The notes beneath the pieces are model-generated. The model did not search any database, was not told where the DNA came from, and saw nothing but the letters and a program-made list of their open reading frames with translations. Source: Podarcis liolepis (lineage: Eukaryota). Taken from it: DNA of 64,000 nucleotides. The stretch lies in the NCBI GenBank assembly GCA_965112155.1, contig OZ218108.1. One strand, given 5' to 3'. Position 1 is the stretch's first letter. Every line of letters begins with the position of its first letter. The position numbers were made by a program, and so were the translations under genes. This document shows positions 48,673 to 61,205 of this stretch, in pieces.

Positions 48673-49690
48673 CCCTGGTCTTAAGTCAACGCTAGCTGCT
48701 ACACCACTGTGCCTTGGTTCTTAACCTATCTATGCAACTTTGAGAAGTGTGTGAAAATGAGAACTGCATTAGTCTTAAGTGTTTATACCTCAGTGGTACT
48801 CTCATTACCAATCACTGCTTTGTTCCTGAAAAGAAACCTCCTGCTATTGCTTAACTTGCCAGCTGAAGAATGTAATTGCTACCGGTGGAGTTATTCAGTG
48901 GGCAGGTGTTTTATAATCACTCTGCAAGCTGTGTCATAGCGCTCCATATGTCTTTAAGGAAAAATGACTCTGTATTTAGACCACCTCCCTTCAGGATCCT
49001 CTCCACCTGTCCCAAGACTGTGTGGAGGGGGAATGGACTGTGATCTCTGCCCTTGTCCTCACTGGCTCCACCAAAAATTTCATACATTGAGTAGGCTGTC
49101 TATCTGTGTGTGTTGGAATGAACATGAGCCGGCTTGCTGATCTTATATTTTTGTGCTTCCCATGTTGAAAATGTGTTGCTGGTGCTTTCAAGGTACACAG
49201 GATTGTTTGTCAGTTAGAATCATTACTGTAAAAATAGCAGGCGAGTTGCAATTCTGTATGCACGTACCTGGAAGTAAATCCCATTGATCTTGGAGGAACT
49301 TGCTTCTAAGTAGGATAGAGCTGCCAGAAATATGAGATTTGTTACCTACAGCACAAATGCAGAAACATTACTTAAAGTTGCTTAATATTATAATCCTATT
49401 TTCTTTAGAATTATGATGTGTTGGATAGTTCTTCTTTTGCTATAATATTTTTTATTGAAACTTTTCAACTTACAATATAATAAAAGCCAAACTAATCTAA
49501 ATAAAAATAGAAAAAGGAGAAAGCAAAACAAACACACACAAAAGAAAGACAGAAAGAAAACTTTGTATCTTAACCTCTAGTACTGATTATAAACTTCAAA
49601 ATCTGAACTAGGGGTAATCTTGTAATGACAGGTGAGACCTGTAATAAAAACTTCCATTCAGTGTGCTAGCCAGGCCTGCTCCATCTAGTA

Positions 49691-49951
49691 CAGCGGTACC
49701 TCGCAAGACGAAAAGCGCGCAAGACGAAAAGCGCGCAAGACGAAAGAGTTTTCCGTTTTTTGAGTCGTTCCGCAAGACGAATTTCCCTATGGGCTTGCTT
49801 CGCAAGACGAAACGTCTTGCGAGTTCTTGCGAGTTTGTTTCCTTTTTCTTAAAGCCGCTAAGCCGCTAATAGCCGTGTTTCGCAAGACGAAAAAACTGCA
49901 AGACGAAGAGACTCACAGAACGGATTAATTTCGTCTTGCGAGGCACCACTG
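49691..49951. mobile_element. Tc1/mariner (Tigger-like) MITE family E with repeated gcaagacgaa motifs
   Basis: cagcggtacctcgcaagacgaa / ttcgtcttgcgaggcaccactg; TA on both sides. Confidence 0.85.
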
Positions 49952-50607
49952 TATACTCCATTTTATTTCCTTTCCCAACACATTTTCTGCCTACTCCACC
50001 CCATCTCAACCCTCAACAGTTGGTCAGGATTCTGTGGCCACTGAGTTTGCTTAATCATCATCAGGCTGGTTTGGGAGTCTCTACCCCCTCCCCCAAACAG
50101 GTTTTCCTAATTATTATTGCAGTTCTGCAAACCTTGGGAGTTCCCACAAGCCTGCTTCCTCTTTCATCTTCTTTGTGGGAGTGGTGTTGGTTTGGTTTCT
50201 CATAGATCTGAGCTCACCTCTGAACTTTGGAAATGGCTTTTGCCAGACACCTAAGATGCAATAGAGGTCTCCTAACTTCTGGATTGCCCGATGTAAAGTA
50301 TTTTACAACATTTTCCAGACCTAACCACGCGATTGCTGTCTTTATTTTTATACCACTATATCATCCTCAAGCATCCTACACATTTCTCCAAATTTTGGTT
50401 ACTTGTGTAACAACCATAAGGTTGGTTGGTTGATTGAAGAAACTGAGGAAATGCTTTGTTCTTAAAAGAAGACTGTATGCAACAGCAAGCTTCTAACATT
50501 TTAAAAATTGGCTACATTTAATTTCAATGTCCTGTAGATCTCCTCCCACCCCAATAACTTGGTGCAATGTAAACCTTATATGGCAGGGACAATTTCAATC
50601 TATATTA

Positions 50608-50756
50608 CTGTATATTTCCATTTATAAGACACCTCCTATTTTGGGGGACTCCAAATTAAGAAAACACCCCTTAGCACTACCCGTGTATAAGACGAGCCCC
50701 AATTTTAAGCCTTTTTTTTGGGGGGGGGAGCTAGTCTTATACACGGAAAAATATGG
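50608..50756. mobile_element. Degraded Tc2/pogo-like MITE
   Basis: TA-flanked ctgtatatttcc..tataagac / gtcttata..ggaaaaatatgg ends, similar to the 27943 element. Confidence 0.6.
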
Positions 50757-51195
50757 TATGTGCTTTTTGATCCTGTGAAGGGTCTCTGTGCTGCTGCAAC
50801 ACAAGTAATAACTGACCATCAAGGTATATAATACTGTGGCACTCTGAGAGAAATATATTTCATTTTCTCAACAGCTACTTAATGGTTAGTAGTTAGAAGT
50901 TTATATCTGTGGCCTGAGTTTAAATAGAACACTTTAGAAGCATGAGGAAGAGTGCAGTAAACGAAAAGCAGAATTTTGATCTTTTTACCATGCTAATTAA
51001 TGCAACCAAAAGATCTTGATTGTTCTTGGAATTTCTATGCTGAGCTATTTTAAGTAAATACTACAGAACAGGCTATGAAACTTAATATCTCTTGCATCTA
51101 AGTCATTGTCTTTTAGTCTGTGTTCAGTATTAAACTTGCATGTTCCGTGCCTGAAACATTTTGCTGTACTTGATATTGTACTTCATTGTTTAAAG

Positions 51196-51429
51196 CAGGG
51201 GTCAGCAAACTTTTTCAGCTGGGAGCCGGTCCGCTGTCCCTCAGACCTTGGGGGGGGGGGCGGACTATATTTTGAAAAAGGAAAAAAATGAACGAATTCC
51301 TATGCCCCACAAATAACCCAGAGATGCATTTTAAATAAAAGCACATATTCTACTCATGTAAAAACACGCTGATTCCCGGACCGTCCGCGGGCCAGATTTA
51401 GAAGGCGATTGGGCCGGATCCGGCCCCTG
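51196..51429 (-). mobile_element. hAT MITE family A lacking the outer 22 bp of one end
   Basis: Reverse orientation; perfect 8-bp TSD gtttaaag (51188-51195, 51430-51437). Confidence 0.88.
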
Positions 51430-52041
51430 GTTTAAAGGAATAGATTCAGACAGAAGAAGATAATAGTGAACTGTTCAGCTTACTGATGTCTTGTCTCTTG
51501 TTTGTTCATGACATACTGCAGCGAACCAGGAGTAGGACTTGTAATGATGGCTTCAATTTTGAATGTGTTAGAAACCAAAACAAAGGTGCCTCTCCGTTGG
51601 AAGAAAACCTCTTCCACTCATGGAAGGGCTGTTCCAACCAATTTAGCATTTAGGGTCACTTTTCTCATGCAGTGCTCTTTGGCTGTGAATATATAAAATT
51701 TGTAAACTACTTAACACAGTATATTGAAATGGAGTACAGTTCCTGTTTGTTTCAGGCTATTTATTTAACTTGTTTATTTTATTAAGATAGCTTGCTTGCC
51801 CTTCAGTATAAAGTCCCACAGTGAGCTACAACAATAAAATATACAATTATAAAATAAATCAAACAGTAATAATAACAAAGAAAAGTGTAAAGAAAGACAA
51901 AAGTTTCAAATAAAACAATTCCACATGTAAACATATTTGTAATGCAAATATAGACAAAGATTAACATTTCATGTGGCAGCAGTAGTACATTTTCTGCATT
52001 TGCTTGCAGGTCATCAAATGCAAGCAACTTGATGCCCTGAA

Positions 52042-52190
52042 GGATAGCTCAGTCAGTAGAGCATGAGAATCTTAATCTCAGGGTTGTGGGTTTGAGCCCC
52101 ATATTGGGCAAAATATGCCATCACAGCAGGGATTTGGACTAGATGATCCTTGTGGTCCCTTCCTACTCTACAAATTTGTGATTCTATTAT
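52042..52190 (+). mobile_element. tRNA-Lys(CTT)-derived SINE with CR1-type tail
   Basis: ggatagctcagtcagtagagcatgagaatcttaatctcagggttgtgggtttgagcccca..ttgggc, then ttggactagatgatcc..gtcccttcc.actctac..tgattctat. Confidence 0.75.
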
Positions 52191-52646
52191 TCTAACTATA
52201 TAGTAATATAACATTTTACCTATCTTGTATATCAGTAGCTATTTTAAATGTAGATGAGGTGCTTAGGGTGTCTGTTGTTATTCCTGATAGTAGTATAGTA
52301 GTAGTATTTCCATTTATAAGCCACTTACTATTTGAAAACCTCAAAGCAGTTTTAAATAAATATATATAGAAGCACAATAAATACAATAATAATCATATCA
52401 AATGATTTACACTGAAGTAAAATAAATACACAAACAATATAAATGGTTTGGCAATGTATAGTGATATGGACAGATATCATTTGTATGTAGCAACTTTTCT
52501 ACTTATATCTAAAGTTTAGGAAATGTATAGAGTTGACCAGTCAACTAATTAGAAGGGCTGTTGTACATCTTGAATGCCTCTTTAAGATATTTTCTGAAAG
52601 TATCCAAGAGCCACTCTAAAATTGTTCTGTTCTTTTCCTTTCTTAG

Positions 52647-52745
52647 CCACCACCAGGAAATGTCAAAGTTCCCAATGTTCCCAGTACGCAGCCAGCTATA
52701 ATGAAACCAACTGAGGAACCACCTGCTTACACACAGATTGCAAAG
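52647..52745 (+). CDS. SCAMP1: SCAMP1 exon 3 ([33 protein letters not shown])
   Basis: 99 nt; polypyrimidine tract plus TAG| acceptor, AAG|GT donor; phase 0/0. Confidence 0.95.
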
Positions 52746-52841
52746 GTATATTTAATATTATTGATTTCAGCATCAAAATGGGAATTGATATATATTTATA
52801 ATATAGTGCTACTTCCTTATATCTCAATTTCCCCCCATCAG

Positions 52842-52953
52842 GAACATGCCTTGGCCCAGGCTGAACTCCTTAAGCGTCAAGAAGAATTAGAAAGAAAAGC
52901 AGCTGAACTAGATCGCAGGGAAAGAGAGATACAGAGCCTCAACCAGCAGGGAG
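52842..52953 (+). CDS. SCAMP1: SCAMP1 exon 4 ([37 protein letters not shown]|G), coiled coil
   Basis: 112 nt; CAG| acceptor and G|GTAGG donor; ends in phase 1, matching exon 5. Confidence 0.95.
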
Positions 52954-53916
52954 GTAGGCCTTAAACATACCTCAACAGCTTTCAAAATGTTGTGCTTATG
53001 GAAACCATTTAATTCAGTGCTTAGAGTTGGTTTAAATGCAGTTTCTGGAGCTCTGAAGTTCCTGCCAATTGTCTCTTAAAACAAAAATGACAAAATTTAA
53101 TTACTGCAGTTTTATATATGCTTGGAGATTTAAACGGGAAATACAGAGTTTGCTTTTATTGGGTCATTACTGTCCTCTATTATCTGTGTTAAATTAAGCT
53201 GAAGTGTAATGCTGGTCTTCTGAAGGAGATAGAAGCAGTTGCCAGGAGAGATGATAACCTTAAAAATCTAGTCAGTGCAGCATTTACTTGCATAGAAGAC
53301 CCCTTAAAACCAATGATAACTTTCCTTGTAAACAAGATTAGCAGGAGAAATAGCAACCTCTAAGTAGAGAAACTCAGATTCTGTACATGATTACTCAGAT
53401 ACAAGTCACTTTGTGTTTAGTGGTGCTTGCTCCCTGCAAAGTTTGTATAGGATTGCAGTCTGATAAGCATTCCATTTAATCTGAAAGTGCATCCATCACT
53501 TCGTGGAGAGACAGGGTTTTTATTTTTTTAAGTAAAATTCAGGTTCTTACATTGGAAGCCTTATTATTTGTATATTCAGTAAGCAGCTGGACTTTGTTTT
53601 CACATGTTCTGTATTAGTGCTGATAAAATAGGATGTGTCAGCACTAAATTTTGTTTTCACTGTTTTAAAATCTGTGTTTAATTCCTTGTTAGCAGTGTCA
53701 AGTGGAAGTGAATGAAGCTATCACTACTGCTTGGATTCAGGATTGAGATCTTAACTGGTAGCATCTCAAGGCTGCTGCAGTTATATCTCTGTAGGAAAGT
53801 GTGTGTGTGTGTGGCATGTGATAGAAGATCCACAGCTCTTTCTTCAACTGTTATTTTAAAAATTGTTTGAAGTGACCCTTAATATTCAGCAAAATATTTA
53901 CCTTTTGCTCTTCCAG

Positions 53917-54045
53917 GAAGAAAGAACAATTGGCCTCCACTACCTGGGAATTTCCCAGTGGGACCCTGTTTTTACCAGGATTTCTCCGTAGACATTCCTG
54001 TAGAATTCCAGAAGACAGTAAAGATTATGTACTACTTGTGGATGT
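53917..54045 (+). CDS. SCAMP1: SCAMP1 exon 5 ([42 protein letters not shown])
   Basis: 129 nt; CAG| acceptor and |GTGAGT donor; SCAMP NWPP signature. Confidence 0.97.
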
Positions 54046-54243
54046 GTGAGTAAGATTTATAGAATATGTGTATACAATGACAACACAATCCTGGGCATAT
54101 CTTCTTGAGAGCTAGTTCCATTCAGATCCATTGGGGCTTGCTTCCAGCTAAGCAAGTATGGGATTGAGCTTTATAATTTCAGTACTCAATTTACATACTC
54201 TTTGCATCATTACTACCAAGTGTAGGCATTTGAGGTTATATAC

Positions 54244-54376
54244 CAGGGATGGTGGACTTGTGGCCTTCCAGATGTTGTTGCTGAAACCCCTGTAAATCTC
54301 AGAAAGCATAGCTAGTGGTCAGGGATGATGTGAATTGCCCAACAACACTTGGAGCGCCACAGGATTCCTACCCATG
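54244..54376. mobile_element. Degraded palindromic hAT MITE (family B-like)
   Basis: ccagatgttgttg..tggtcagggatgatg..caacaacacttgga; no clean TSD. Confidence 0.55.
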
Positions 54377-56719
54377 TCATAAATGCTTGGCAAAATCACT
54401 TCGGAGCTGTTTATCTCCTTGAAAATATTACTGTAATAAAAAGGGCACCAATGACTTACAATATATAGAGAGCCAAGTTTTCGGCAGTTTTCTTTGGAAG
54501 TTTAACATCCTGCATAGGATGCACACACTTGAGTTTAGTAAGCTGCAAAAATATGTCTGGCATCCATATGATGTGGATATATCTCAAATTACATTTTCCT
54601 TATTTTGGTATGTTGTACCTAATGCACACATATGCACACCACTCCATGCACTCCTGATTCAGACTTCCTTTCCCAATTCCAGAATAACCTCTCTTACAAG
54701 TACACTTCTGTGTTGGCACTCTTAACTTTTAGAAGATGGTCAACCAATAATTTACAGTCATCCATACCGGAAAGTTTTTATATGTCAGTTGGAGCTTGGT
54801 TAGCAAGACGAAAGGATATGGCTTGTTTCATTACCTCTCTCCTTCAAACTTCAGCGGTATGGCAACATCCTGAGTAGAAGGAACTGGGTGATAGGCAAGA
54901 TGGATGAATTCCCTGTTGGCTGTTTTTCTTACTTCCAATTTGGTGGGATTTGTTGTTTTAAGAGTTTCTCTAAAAAGTTAACACTTTTTAAAAATGTGAC
55001 CCTAGTAACCTGATCACCTTTGGGTCCACTTAATATGCCTTCAGCAAGTGGAATAGACTCTGCCAGCTAAGCCTGCCAGTCTGCTTACTACCAAGTCGCC
55101 CTGGTTAAATTCTCACCTCAGGTGCCTATTGGCTCCTATGTTAACATTTTCCATGGTGGTCTTGTGTGGCAAGGCAGTACAGTGCAATTGCAAGCAGCAA
55201 TCGGCAACACTGCATCATTAGGTTGGTAGTGGAAGTATGACATTCGTAAGGGAACTGTTAAATCCAATTTTGTTTGGTTTGTACAGCAGTCCCTGGGGTT
55301 AGACTGTTACACTGTGAGCCTAAACAGCTATTTGAAATGTCACTGGAAACGGTGAAATTTGCTGCTAGTAAATACATTTAGAACTGAAAGCCTCCAACAC
55401 CTTAAGGTGGCACTAAGTAACACTGACAATTTTGTTTTCTAAACTTGTGCACCAAGAGCGGAGTTGGGATAAGTGTACATGGTACTTGCTTACCATCTTT
55501 CATGCGTAACTCTTCTAATTTATAAGAACTTGCAAATGAGTTGAGCAGTGTTTCAGTATAACTAATTATAGGATACTGTAGTGTTCCTGTATGTATTTAC
55601 CGGTCTGACACTCAGATAATTAAATAGTATCTGCAAAAATCTGTGTACCCGGTAATTATTGTAGAAGTGTCAGCTATTTAAACAAGAAATGCTGTGGTGA
55701 TTCTTTGTTACATTTGCTTGAAAATCTGGCAATAGATTAAAAAAATTACCAGGCCAGAGAAAGATGGTGTCCTGTGGCATTCACTACACTCTATTACCTC
55801 ACTGCAACTAATCTGATTTGATACTTGCTGCTGATAAAAAGGCGGTGGGTGGGAATTACATTAGGTTTAAAGAATGCAGAAAACTTTAGTGGATTCATTT
55901 TTAAAAATCAAGGTGGATCAAGCAAAATACTGTATCTAAATGATAGATTTAAATATCCTAATAATTACATTTCCTGAAAATGCATACTAACTAGTTGTTG
56001 TAACAATTAAAACACATTGGTTTGCAGTCAGAAAGGCATTTATTCTGCCTAGGATCATAGCTGGAAACCAATGGTGTTATAGGCAGCACTCCAAGTGCAC
56101 TTAATTCGTATCCACTTAAGACACTGAAATAACACTGAAGTGAAAGGTTTCTGGTTGGCTTTTTGTACACATTCAAGGACACTAAGAGCACTTTCTTGAG
56201 GACTAAGTGCACAAAACTTTCAAGATGTAAGGGCTGATTGTGGGTGGCTAAAGAAAAAATGTAAGGGAGGAAAGAAACAGTGTTGACCATTATTATGGGG
56301 AAAAGAATTTGAATCCAGTCTACAGAAAACCATAATATACTAAAAGCTAGTGAAGCGAATGTGGTAGTAAAGGGAAATACCTGCCACCCTTAGAGTCATA
56401 CCTGGGGCTGACAGATACTGAGAAAAACTGTGTTTCTCCATGAGACGGAAAGTAATTGGCCATGTTGTTCAGTTGGCAACCACAGTAACATATATATTAC
56501 ACATACCTATTATTTCATACCCAGGATCAAGTCGGATATTTTCCCCCACCCCCTAGTTTTAATCTTTTATAGAAGCAGACTTTAAATCAGTGGCTCAGTT
56601 CCAAAGCTCTTCACACAGTATTCAGGCTGCACATGAGAACTTTTCAGCTCACCTTTTACAGCAGCTGCCTCTCAAAGTTTCCCCCGCCCATCAAGGTACC
56701 CCATGAATCACTTGAGGTG

Positions 56720-56870
56720 CAGCCTAGGAATATAGAAAGCTACGTTATGCCAAGTTGGACCCTTGATCTAGCCAGCTCAGTATTGTCTACACTGATTGGC
56801 AGCGAGTCTCCAGGGATCTAGATAGCAGTCTCTCCATGCTATACCTGGAGATGGCGCGGATTGAATCTGG
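56720..56870 (-). mobile_element. tRNA-derived SINE, same family as 26417-26585
   Basis: agctcagtattgtctacactg.ttgg is the reverse complement of the body of the 26417 copy. Confidence 0.6.
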
Positions 56871-57014
56871 TGGCTATTTAATGTAAGAACTGATCACTGA
56901 TCCACCCTGATCAGTGATCAGATCCTGATATAAAATCAGTAGAGATAGCTTATTAAGTTTTTATATATTTTTAGAATTGTGGCAATTCAATTTTATCATA
57001 CCTGTTTTCTATAG

Positions 57015-57174
57015 TTCATGCAGTGACGCTGTTTCTTAACATCTTTGGATGTCTGGCCTGGTTTTGCCTACAGCCCATTCGAGGAGTTGACTTCGGATTG
57101 AGTATTCTCTGGTTCTTGCTTTTTACTCCTTGTTCATTTGTCTGCTGGTACAGACCACTTTATGGAGCCTTCAG
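57015..57174 (+). CDS. SCAMP1: SCAMP1 exon 6 (TM1-TM2 and E-peptide [11 protein letters not shown])
   Basis: 160 nt; TAG| acceptor and AG|GTAAC donor; conserved E-peptide. Confidence 0.97.
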
Positions 57175-58474
57175 GTAACAATTCCCACCTACTGTGAAAT
57201 TAATGCTATTAAGGTGCTACATAATTTAACTGCTTTTTAATCATCCAGCACTTCATTTAACTTGGTTTTACAACTTTTAATGTGAATTCTTGTACTGGTT
57301 TGGCAATTTTCAGAGTAGCTGACTGGCCTCAAAGCATAGATTAGCAAATTGATAAATATATTAGTTTCTTGAAAATGTAGCCGCTGTTTCTTGTAAGTAG
57401 TGTGATAGGTTAGCTAGATGTGTCCATGTTTTATAAATAGTGGCTCAGCACACCATGCTAAGTCAAACCATGGTTTAGTATGAACAGAGTTTCTCATAAG
57501 CAAGGCTTACTCTCTTTGTGTCTCTTAGACTAAATTAGGCAAGCTGCTTGCTTTTTGGAGTCTATTATTCTCAGAATTAGGCTTTCAAAATCCATCTATT
57601 TTTAAATATGGGGTGGGTGAAGTTAATATAATGCATTAGACAGGAATAAGGAGAGGCTGTTTTGCCTGCATAATGGAACACAAGCTCACTCACTTATGAA
57701 TTCTGCAGTTTAGGCAGCTCACACTTCTAAACTGTTCTTTTTCACATTTTAATCTCCTTTCCTCAGTACTCCGTAATTGGACTCTGACCTGTTACCTCCC
57801 TTCCCTGGAAGAGAGTTGCTTTGCTATGTGCTAGTCCCTACTATTACTTGTTAAAACTTCCTCTTCATGCACCCAGTTTCCACGGAGATGGTATATACGG
57901 CCTCAGTGCCTGCACCTTGTTTTGTTGGCAGAGCATTAATCTTTTTAGTCTTAAAGCTAAAAGCAACAAAGCAAGACCCCCCCACTAGCTGTGCAAGAAA
58001 ACAAGTTAATAATCCTGAAATAAGTTAATTACCCATATCATCAAATAAGAAAAGATTGGAATTAAAAAGAGATGGAGAAACTCTTATTATATATCAGGCA
58101 GGACACTAAGGTCATTTTTGTTGCAGCCAGAGTTCACAGCACTTGCTAGATTATGTTAGTAGGTTTGCTTTGGGGGCGGGTTGTGAGGAGAGGATTGCTT
58201 CTCATACTTGACATTTCTTTAATTGTTGCTATGCTTGTGGTGTTACATTATTGTAGTTTGATTGGATTATATTGATAGTATAGGTAAAGGAGGCAGCTCT
58301 GTTCCCATGGAGATCAGCTGTACTCAAAAAAATTGTTTTATTTGTAAAAGATAAACAGTATGTATGGTTTTGTTTGTTGCTATTGATTAGCTTTCCTGGT
58401 AGAGACGTTAAACTTTGGAAATGTTTCTTAAATATTGTGAAAACACCTGACGATTTCCCCCCTCCCTCTTTTAG

Positions 58475-58576
58475 GAGTGACAGTTCTTTCAGATTCTTCG
58501 TTTTCTTTTTTGTGTACATTTGTCAATTTGCTGTGCATGTACTTCAGGCTGCAGGATTCCAAGGATGGGGCAATTG
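58475..58576 (+). CDS. SCAMP1: SCAMP1 exon 7 ([33 protein letters not shown]|C)
   Basis: 102 nt; TAG| acceptor and |GTAAGT donor; phase 2/2. Confidence 0.97.
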
Positions 58577-58799
58577 GTAAGTGGCTTATTTTATCATTCA
58601 GTGGAGAGTGCAATAACAAGCCACCTTTACAAAGTTCAACAATGCACAGAGAAACATTTTGCATTTGAAAGTTTTATGGAGGATAAGCAGAACCAGTATG
58701 CAATTGTTAATAAGCAGCAATTGTTCGTCTAGCCAGCGACTGTGTACCAAAAATGTCCATAACTGATTTGCACCAACAATATATCATCCAAATGTCCAT

Positions 58800-59390
58800 G
58801 GTGTGTAGATGACACTTAAGCCACATGCCTACAGTCACAGCTGTTTCTCGGCCAGAATAATTGGACCACTGTCATCTACGTGCTGGTAATCTCCAGGCTG
58901 GTTTACTGCAATGTGCTCTATGTGGCTTACCCTTGAGGTTGGTTTGGAAGCTGCAGCTAGTACAACAATGCAGTGGCTCAACTGCTCATTAGGGCAGAAT
59001 ATCACTGCTGAAAGAATTGGACCGGCTACCAGCTATCAGGCTAAGCTCAAGGTGCCAATACTGGTATAGATACCTATGCAGGTTAGATACCTCCTATAGA
59101 TATCATACCATCAGGAAGTCCATTCTGTATAACATAGGAATTAGGCCTTCAGTGGTGCAATACCTACCCTTTGGAACATCTTCCCATTACATGTCTGACA
59201 GGGACCATCTCTATTGTCTATTCAACACCTATTTAAGACCTTCCTTTTCTAACAAGCCTTTTAAGTAGAGACTTTTATCCCATTCTGTGTATGCATTGAA
59301 CTTGAACTTGTTTTTATATATGCTTTTATTCTTAAATCACTTCAGAATGTTTTATGGTCAGCAATTCATAAATTAAATAAACAGTTTAAA
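58800..59390 (+). mobile_element. Degraded L2-like LINE RT C-terminal fragment
   Basis: ctccaggctggtttactgcaatgtgctctatgtg resembles the SRLDYCNALY motif; ends in a (taaa)-type tail. Confidence 0.55.
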
Positions 59391-60154
59391 AATTGTATAA
59401 GAGAGTTTCAAATCCCAGTCCTAGTGCACCTTGATCCTGGGCATTCCAAGCACTTTGTCATCACAACTGGTCTGTCAGTTGTATGTAGATGGGCTATAAC
59501 ATGCCTGCCTGCTGAGCCCTCACTGCAAATTGAGAACAAAGTGGCCGGAGGCATCAAGAGCCCAGCCCCATAACTAGGTGAGAGGCTGAGGAGGCACAGT
59601 TTTGGCACAGTTGATGTGCAAAAAACTAAGGTTGTTGAAGTGTATCTGGACTTGTCCATTAGGACAAGTTTGTGCTGAGTGAATTATAATGTCCAGCTGT
59701 CTGCTGAAGTTTCCACCTAGCATCTGTTAGATGCTTCCTGCTGATGTTTCGTTTTGACCTACTTGGTAGCAGCCAAAACAAAATTTAAAAAACACCACCA
59801 CCTCTGTTCTTGAAAGGCAATTTGTGAAGAGATTTTGAAGGAAACTTTATCATATTTATCAAGGTTGCCAAACTTTCTGTATAATTAGAGAGAACAGTAG
59901 TTCCACAAGATTGTTCAAGGAATAGTGAAAAGTGAATTTCAAGATAATTCAAAGTGAACTGCCTTACTGTTTCTAGAGTCAACCTAAAATGCTTTCAAAA
60001 CCTTAGTTGTGCTTGGCTCCCCAAATACTCCAGTAATTTCCTGTAAGGATTTTAGTGAAAGAAACAATAGCTATGGTATTTCAAGATGTATCATATTGGG
60101 GCATGTGTATGTTATTTACCTCTCTTTTGTTATTTACCTCTCTCCTGTCTTTAG

Positions 60155-60272
60155 TGGATGGATTTCATCCCTCACTGGGCTCAATCTTAGCATTCCAGTA
60201 GGCATTATGATGATAATCATAGCAGCGCTTTTCACAGCATCTGCTGTCATCTCACTAGTAATGTTTAAAAAG
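60155..60272 (+). CDS. SCAMP1: SCAMP1 exon 8 ([39 protein letters not shown]), TM4
   Basis: 118 nt; TAG| acceptor and AAG|GTAAGT donor. Confidence 0.97.
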
Positions 60273-60662
60273 GTAAGTTTTCTGTCTGTTGAATCCATAT
60301 TGTTGATAGAAGGCTTTGTGTTTGCACACAGATGTTAATCAAAGGAGTCTGCTAGCTTCTTTCTTAATTTCTATTAACTTGGGCAGATCGTCATGGATAG
60401 AAATGTCACAGAATCAAATTAGGAAAATGGATATTTTAATTGTTGCAAATTCATTTGAGTTGGAATGTGCTTGATTCCTCACTTCCCAGTCCCTGCCCTT
60501 GTTCTTTTCCAGCTGTAGAAGTTATCTTATTTTTATGGCTTTTGTGAAAAGAGCACATCAGGATCCTAGAGATTTCTCTCAAATAATATATTATCAAAGA
60601 GTAAAATTTATGCTTCAGCACCTTTCATTTTAATTCTACATAAAAGTTCTGTCAGTGTAGGC

Positions 60663-60779
60663 CAGGTTTTCCTGGTCTGGTGCCCTCCCATCAGTGCTAG
60701 TCAGCATGGCCAATGGTCAGAGATGATGGAAGTAGTAGTCCAAAACATCTGGAAGGCACAAGGTTGGGGAAGGTTTCTG
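60663..60779. mobile_element. Degraded, internally deleted family B-like hAT MITE
   Basis: tggtcagagatgatggaagtagtagtccaaaacatctggaagg arm. Confidence 0.5.
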
Positions 60780-60837
60780 GTTGTTTGGGGGGGGAGCAGA
60801 TGAACATTTAGAAGCTGCAGAAAATTATAATAATGCT

Positions 60838-61205
60838 TAATTAATTAATTTATACCCCACCAATCCGGCTGGGTTTCTCAGCTACTCTGGACTGTTCCCA
60901 ACAGATTAAAAACAGAATAAAACATCAGACTTTAAAAACTTCCCTATTTATTTCCTTGACACATGATAGGAGGGTGTTCCACAGGGCAGGTACCACCACT
61001 GAGAAGGCCCTCTGCCTGGTTCCCTGTAACCTCACTTCTCGCAGTGAGGGAACCACCAGAAGGCCCTCAGAGCTGGTCCTCAGTGTGCAGGCTGAATGAT
61101 GGGGGTGGAGATGCTCCTTTAGATATACTGGGCCAAGGCCTTTAAAGGTCAGCATCAACACTTTGAATTGTGCTCGGAAATGTACTGGGAGCCAATGTAG
61201 GTCTT
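60838..61205 (-). mobile_element. L2-like LINE 3' fragment
   Basis: LGPVYLKEHL..RQRAFSVVVPALWNTL; close to the 45640 copy. Confidence 0.75.

Noticed and set aside
49691-49951. CRISPR-like repeat-spacer array
   Set aside because: Vertebrate DNA; 10-bp motifs with irregular spacing in both orientations, bounded by TIRs and TA; no cas genes.
52042-52110. Functional tRNA-Lys(CTT) gene (also 27689-27758 and the tRNA-Ala-like 26417-26480)
   Set aside because: Broken acceptor stem and, in the Lys-like copies, a mutated T-loop (gtttga); joined to SINE bodies or CR1 tails, so these are SINE heads.
58374-58474. In-frame upstream extension of SCAMP1 exon 7 (likewise 60009-60154 and 61803-61871)
   Set aside because: Only ORF-caller run-ins through pyrimidine tracts; the canonical acceptors give the expected exon sizes and phases.
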